Under the pieces are notes generated by a model that saw only the letters and a list, made by a program, of their open reading frames with translations, made no database searches and was not told where the DNA came from. From positions 118,683 through 182,682 of the forward strand of contig JAPLXS010000006.1 of NCBI GenBank assembly GCA_026395965.1: a DNA stretch of 64,000 nt, in the 5' to 3' direction. Within the stretch, counting starts at the first letter, position 1. Every line of letters begins with the position of its first letter. The translations under genes were made by a program, and so were the position numbers. Below, in pieces: positions 60,972 to 64,000 of the stretch. The DNA is from Candidatus Nomurabacteria bacterium. Lineage in GTDB: Bacteria; Patescibacteriota; Minisyncoccia; Phycocordibacterales; UBA9973.

Positions 60972-62093
60972 TTATTTTAAAACTCTGATACCTGGCAGTG
61001 TTCCTTTTGATAAGAAATCAAGAGTAGCTCCACCTCCTGTAGATACAAAACCCAGCTTATCTTCTATTTTTAGTTTTGCTACCAGAGCAGCAGTATCTCC
61101 TCCACCTATTACACTTTTTGCTTTACTCTTTGAAATAAGTTTAAGGACTTCTTCTGTTGCTCCCCCAAAACCACTTTCGTATTTACCTAGTGGACCATTC
61201 CATAAAATAAATTCTGCTTTATTTATTAGGTCTTTCAATTGAGAAATTGTTTGTGGACCAACATCAACAATATTTTCGTCTGGCATTACATCACTTGCTC
61301 TAGTAAAATGATTTTTTGAATTTTTAGTAACTTCAACATCAATAGGAAGTATCAGATTTTTGCTCTTCATAATAAGAGGAACTTGAAAATTTACAGGACC
61401 AACTAGTGATGTACCTATCTCATAACCCTTTGCTCTAAAAAAGTCGTTTGCTATTGCACCTGCTATAAATATAGTGTCTGCTGTTCTAAGGTATTTCTTT
61501 ATTAGAGGAATTTTTGTATCAAATTTTGCACCTCCCAAAATAAATAAAAATGGATGTGTTGGAGTAAAAACTTTTGATAGATTTTCTATCTCTGTCATAA
61601 ATTGAAAACCAGCATAACCAGGAAGATATTTGGTAATACCAACAACAGAAGCATGCTCTCTGTGAGAAACTGAAAATGCATCATTTACATATATTTCACC
61701 ATAACGAGATAGAGCTCTTGCAAATGAAGGTGAATTCTTTTTTTCTCCTGTTTCTCGGCGAAGGTTTTCAAGTAAAACTATATCTCCATTTTTCAGAGCT
61801 TTTATTCTTTTTTCAGTTTCATCTGAAAAAATTGGTGTTCCAATAAATTCAACTTCTTTAATAGATTTTTTTAGTTTTACAGCAACAGGAAGAAGACTTT
61901 CTTTGCCCTCATCTCCAATATGCGAAATTATAATAACTTTTGCTCCTTTTTTCTGTAAATACTCGATTGTTGGAATAACTTTTTTGATTCTAAAATCGTC
62001 AAGAACTTTACCATCTTTTATTGGAACATTAAAATCTGCTCTTAAGATAACACTCTTCCCTGCCAAACTTTTCAAATCTTTTATTGATTTCAT
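60972..62093 (-). CDS. pgk: phosphoglycerate kinase
   Basis: Full-length Pgk conservation (ILRADFNVP..., GGGDT). Confidence 0.95.
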   Translation of the reverse strand: MKSIKDLKSLAGKSVILRADFNVPIKDGKVLDDFRIKKVIPTIEYLQKKGAKVIIISHIGDEGKESLLPVAVKLKKSIKEVEFIGTPIFSDETEKRIKALKNGDIVLLENLRRETGEKKNSPSFARALSRYGEIYVNDAFSVSHREHASVVGITKYLPGYAGFQFMTEIENLSKVFTPTHPFLFILGGAKFDTKIPLIKKYLRTADTIFIAGAIANDFFRAKGYEIGTSLVGPVNFQVPLIMKSKNLILPIDVEVTKNSKNHFTRASDVMPDENIVDVGPQTISQLKDLINKAEFILWNGPLGKYESGFGGATEEVLKLISKSKAKSVIGGGDTAALVAKLKIEDKLGFVSTGGGATLDFLSKGTLPGIRVLK

Positions 62094-62098
62094 ATTAT

Positions 62099-62851
62099 TT
62101 AATTTAGGGCGCTTAATACTGCACCGAATTTTTTAGGATTAATACTGTCGCGACCCACAAGTAAACCATCAGCTCCTCCATCTTGTATAAAAGATCTAGT
62201 ATTTAGAGGGTTAACTGAACCACCGTAAATAATAATAATACTATGTGCTATTTTAGGAGTATAAATATCTGAAACTACTTTTTTTATGAAAATTTTCATT
62301 TCCATAAATTCTTCTTTTGTTGCTTCTCGAGTTGCATTCTTTCCTATTGCCCATATTGGCTCATAAGCAACAATAATATTTTTCATCTGAGCACCTGAAA
62401 CTCCTATCAATGATTTTTTGATTTGTTCTTCTACCAATAAAAGAAATGACCCATTGGCATCTCTAACACTCTCTCCAACGCAAAGAATCGGTGTAAGTTT
62501 ATATTTAAGTAAGTTTAATATTTTTTGATTTATAATTTCATTGGTTTCTCCAAGACGACGACTCTCTCCGTGCCCTACTATAGTATAGCTAACACCCATA
62601 TCTTTTAGCATTTTGGGTGAGACTTCTCCAGTATAAGACCCCTCTGTTTTAGTTGATACATTTTGAGAACCAAGAGAAATATTTTTGTTTTTGAATTTTT
62701 TAGAAACAAAAAGGAATGGAAATGGTGGGCAAAGAATTATTTTAGTATTTTTGATATTTTTTGCTAAAGAATATGACTCCTTAAAAAGAACCTCTGCCTC
62801 TTTTTGAGATTGGGGGTTCATTTTCCAATTAGCAACAACTATTCTATTCAT
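62099..62851 (-). CDS. tpiA: triosephosphate isomerase
   Basis: VVANWKMN, VAYEPIWAIG and GGS motifs. Confidence 0.95.
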   Translation of the reverse strand: MNRIVVANWKMNPQSQKEAEVLFKESYSLAKNIKNTKIILCPPFPFLFVSKKFKNKNISLGSQNVSTKTEGSYTGEVSPKMLKDMGVSYTIVGHGESRRLGETNEIINQKILNLLKYKLTPILCVGESVRDANGSFLLLVEEQIKKSLIGVSGAQMKNIIVAYEPIWAIGKNATREATKEEFMEMKIFIKKVVSDIYTPKIAHSIIIIYGGSVNPLNTRSFIQDGGADGLLVGRDSINPKKFGAVLSALN

Positions 62852-62920
62852 ATTACTATTATACCATATAATCCTTGTTTTACTTCATTAAAACAAATAA
62901 TCATGTATTTATAAGGAGTT

Positions 62921-62988
62921 AATTAGTAAAAAGGTCATATTTATAAAATATGACCTTTTTACTAAAACCAGACGTTGGACGTCTATTT
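62921..62988. repeat. palindromic terminator region containing short AGACGT-TGG-ACGTCT palindrome
   Basis: agtaaaaaggtcatat-ttataa-aatatgacctttttact, followed by ccagacgttggacgtctattt at 62967-62988. Confidence 0.6.
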
Positions 62989-63562
62989 AATTTAACCTAG
63001 AAATATATTTATAATTCAAAAGAATTGAAATAATAAATAATGACAGAGTAAGTGCCATAACTGGCATAGACACATAACCAAATTCATAAATATATCTAAT
63101 AGCACAAGATACCTCGGTAGTACTTGTTGGGTTTAGGGTTGCACAAGAAAGACTAGATGTTCCTCCATTTTCTATATATATATGATACAAAGAAGTAAGA
63201 GAACCAAGAGACGCGAAAGCAATACTAAAATCAACAATCGAGCGGTCTTTCTTATATAACTCCATTCCAAAAAGAACTAGCTGTGGATATAAAAATATTC
63301 TTTGTATCCAACAAAGTTCACATGGTGGGTATCCTACTATTTGAGAATAAAATAATGAAGTAACGACTGCACCAAGTGCAATTAAAAATCCAAAGATAAA
63401 TGTATATCTTTTGAAAAAGATTAAAGTTTTATTACTACGATTGCGAGCAAAAATTAAATTCGATACTAAAAGTATGATTATTAGTTGAATAATAATTGTC
63501 CCAATAGAAAGTATTTTATTTATTATATCTACGTATATTGGCATATTATTGAGTATAAGCAC
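62987..63562 (-). CDS. disulfide bond formation protein B-like (DsbB/BdbC family)
   Basis: Four TM helices and a periplasmic CxxC loop (PPCELCWIQR). Confidence 0.65.
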   Translation of the reverse strand: MLILNNMPIYVDIINKILSIGTIIIQLIIILLVSNLIFARNRSNKTLIFFKRYTFIFGFLIALGAVVTSLFYSQIVGYPPCELCWIQRIFLYPQLVLFGMELYKKDRSIVDFSIAFASLGSLTSLYHIYIENGGTSSLSCATLNPTSTTEVSCAIRYIYEFGYVSMPVMALTLSLFIISILLNYKYISRLN

Positions 63563-63923
63563 ACTGTGTTTTGCTTGCTAAAGTAACGAGAGATAATTCT
63601 CCGGATAGACGGCTTGCGTCTGCAAAAATCCATGTTGGATATCCCTCTATTTTTTTATCTTTACAGATTTGATTTACACCTTGGCCGTCTGCAGTAGAAC
63701 ATTCGATATAAGGAAGATATTGTTTAGAAAAACCAAATAATTCTTTTTGTTTTTGGCAATGAGGACACCAAAATGCTCCATAAAACTCAGCACCGGAAGA
63801 TTTCAAACACTGAGCAAACCCATCCAACTTTCCAGGACCTTGTGTTCTTGTTCCAGAATAAATTCCAAGACCTCCGACAATAAGAACTGTTAATACTATA
63901 AATATAATAAATTTTGTTTTCAT
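63546..63923 (-). CDS. secreted thioredoxin-fold thiol-disulfide oxidoreductase (DsbA-like)
   Basis: Signal/TM anchor and the WCPHC active site. Overlaps the DsbB-like gene. Confidence 0.6.
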   Translation of the reverse strand: MKTKFIIFIVLTVLIVGGLGIYSGTRTQGPGKLDGFAQCLKSSGAEFYGAFWCPHCQKQKELFGFSKQYLPYIECSTADGQGVNQICKDKKIEGYPTWIFADASRLSGELSLVTLASKTQCAYTQ

Positions 63924-64000
63924 TTATCTATTGTATCAAAAACCTAGACGATACCATAGCCAAGAAAATGGGGCCTTTATTTTAATGACTATTTTATGAA

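Overview
This is an AT-rich, densely coded bacterial chromosome segment. I read it in the standard genetic code, because RecA, EF-G, FtsK and RecJ come out as uninterrupted full-length ORFs that end in TAA/TAG. I found no rRNA, tRNA or CRISPR array by eye. A Patescibacteria/CPR-like (Parcubacteria-type) organism is my inference, not a demonstrated result. It rests on the streamlined core genes, the many lineage-specific secreted and membrane proteins, a giant repeat protein, Wzy_C-like membrane proteins with TPR tails, and rplK without an adjacent rplA.

Gene content in order:
- PIN-PhoH ATPase, several small repeat-containing hypotheticals, an Smr protein and a DUF3800 protein.
- A ~17 kb surface-glycan locus (4871-21922): initiating sugar transferase, Wzm/Wzt ABC exporter, tandem FkbM methyltransferase, GT2, a GT6-like fusion, GT2, GT11 fucosyltransferase, Fcl, a free-standing GIY-YIG nuclease, Gmd, an NYN protein beside a duplicated gmd 5' fragment, a Wzy_C-like TPR membrane protein, and a Thr-rich peptidoglycan-binding surface protein.
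- A ~2.3 kb largely non-coding island rich in repeats that holds one gene for a winged-helix-like protein.
- ftsK, recA, efp; secE-nusG-rplK; a SIMPL protein; a MacAB-like ABC efflux set with an HlyD adaptor; an FKBP.
- The str operon rpsL-rpsG-fusA.
- Immediately upstream of the str operon, and in the same orientation, four genes for secreted or membrane proteins: two paralogous small proteins, an 1878-aa tail-fibre-like giant protein with 15-aa SNFFG repeats and a C-terminal Peptidase_S74 intramolecular-chaperone domain, and a Cys-rich membrane protein with carboxypeptidase-regulatory-like domains.
- M50 protease, rpmB, a split ComEC, sod, rnhA, a second Wzy_C-like TPR protein, recJ, HIT, pgk-tpiA, DsbB and a thioredoxin-like protein.

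Dispersed non-coding structure:
- (GAATTAR)n heptanucleotide arrays at eleven or more sites, several abutting or overlapping stop codons.
- Palindromic elements sharing a GTCCRAC core, including a TAGACGTCCGACA family.
- Three ~130-bp elements bounded by perfect 21-26 bp inverted repeats.
- A candidate sRNA at 6225-6350.
- An ORF at 4394-4695 interrupted by an in-frame TAG.
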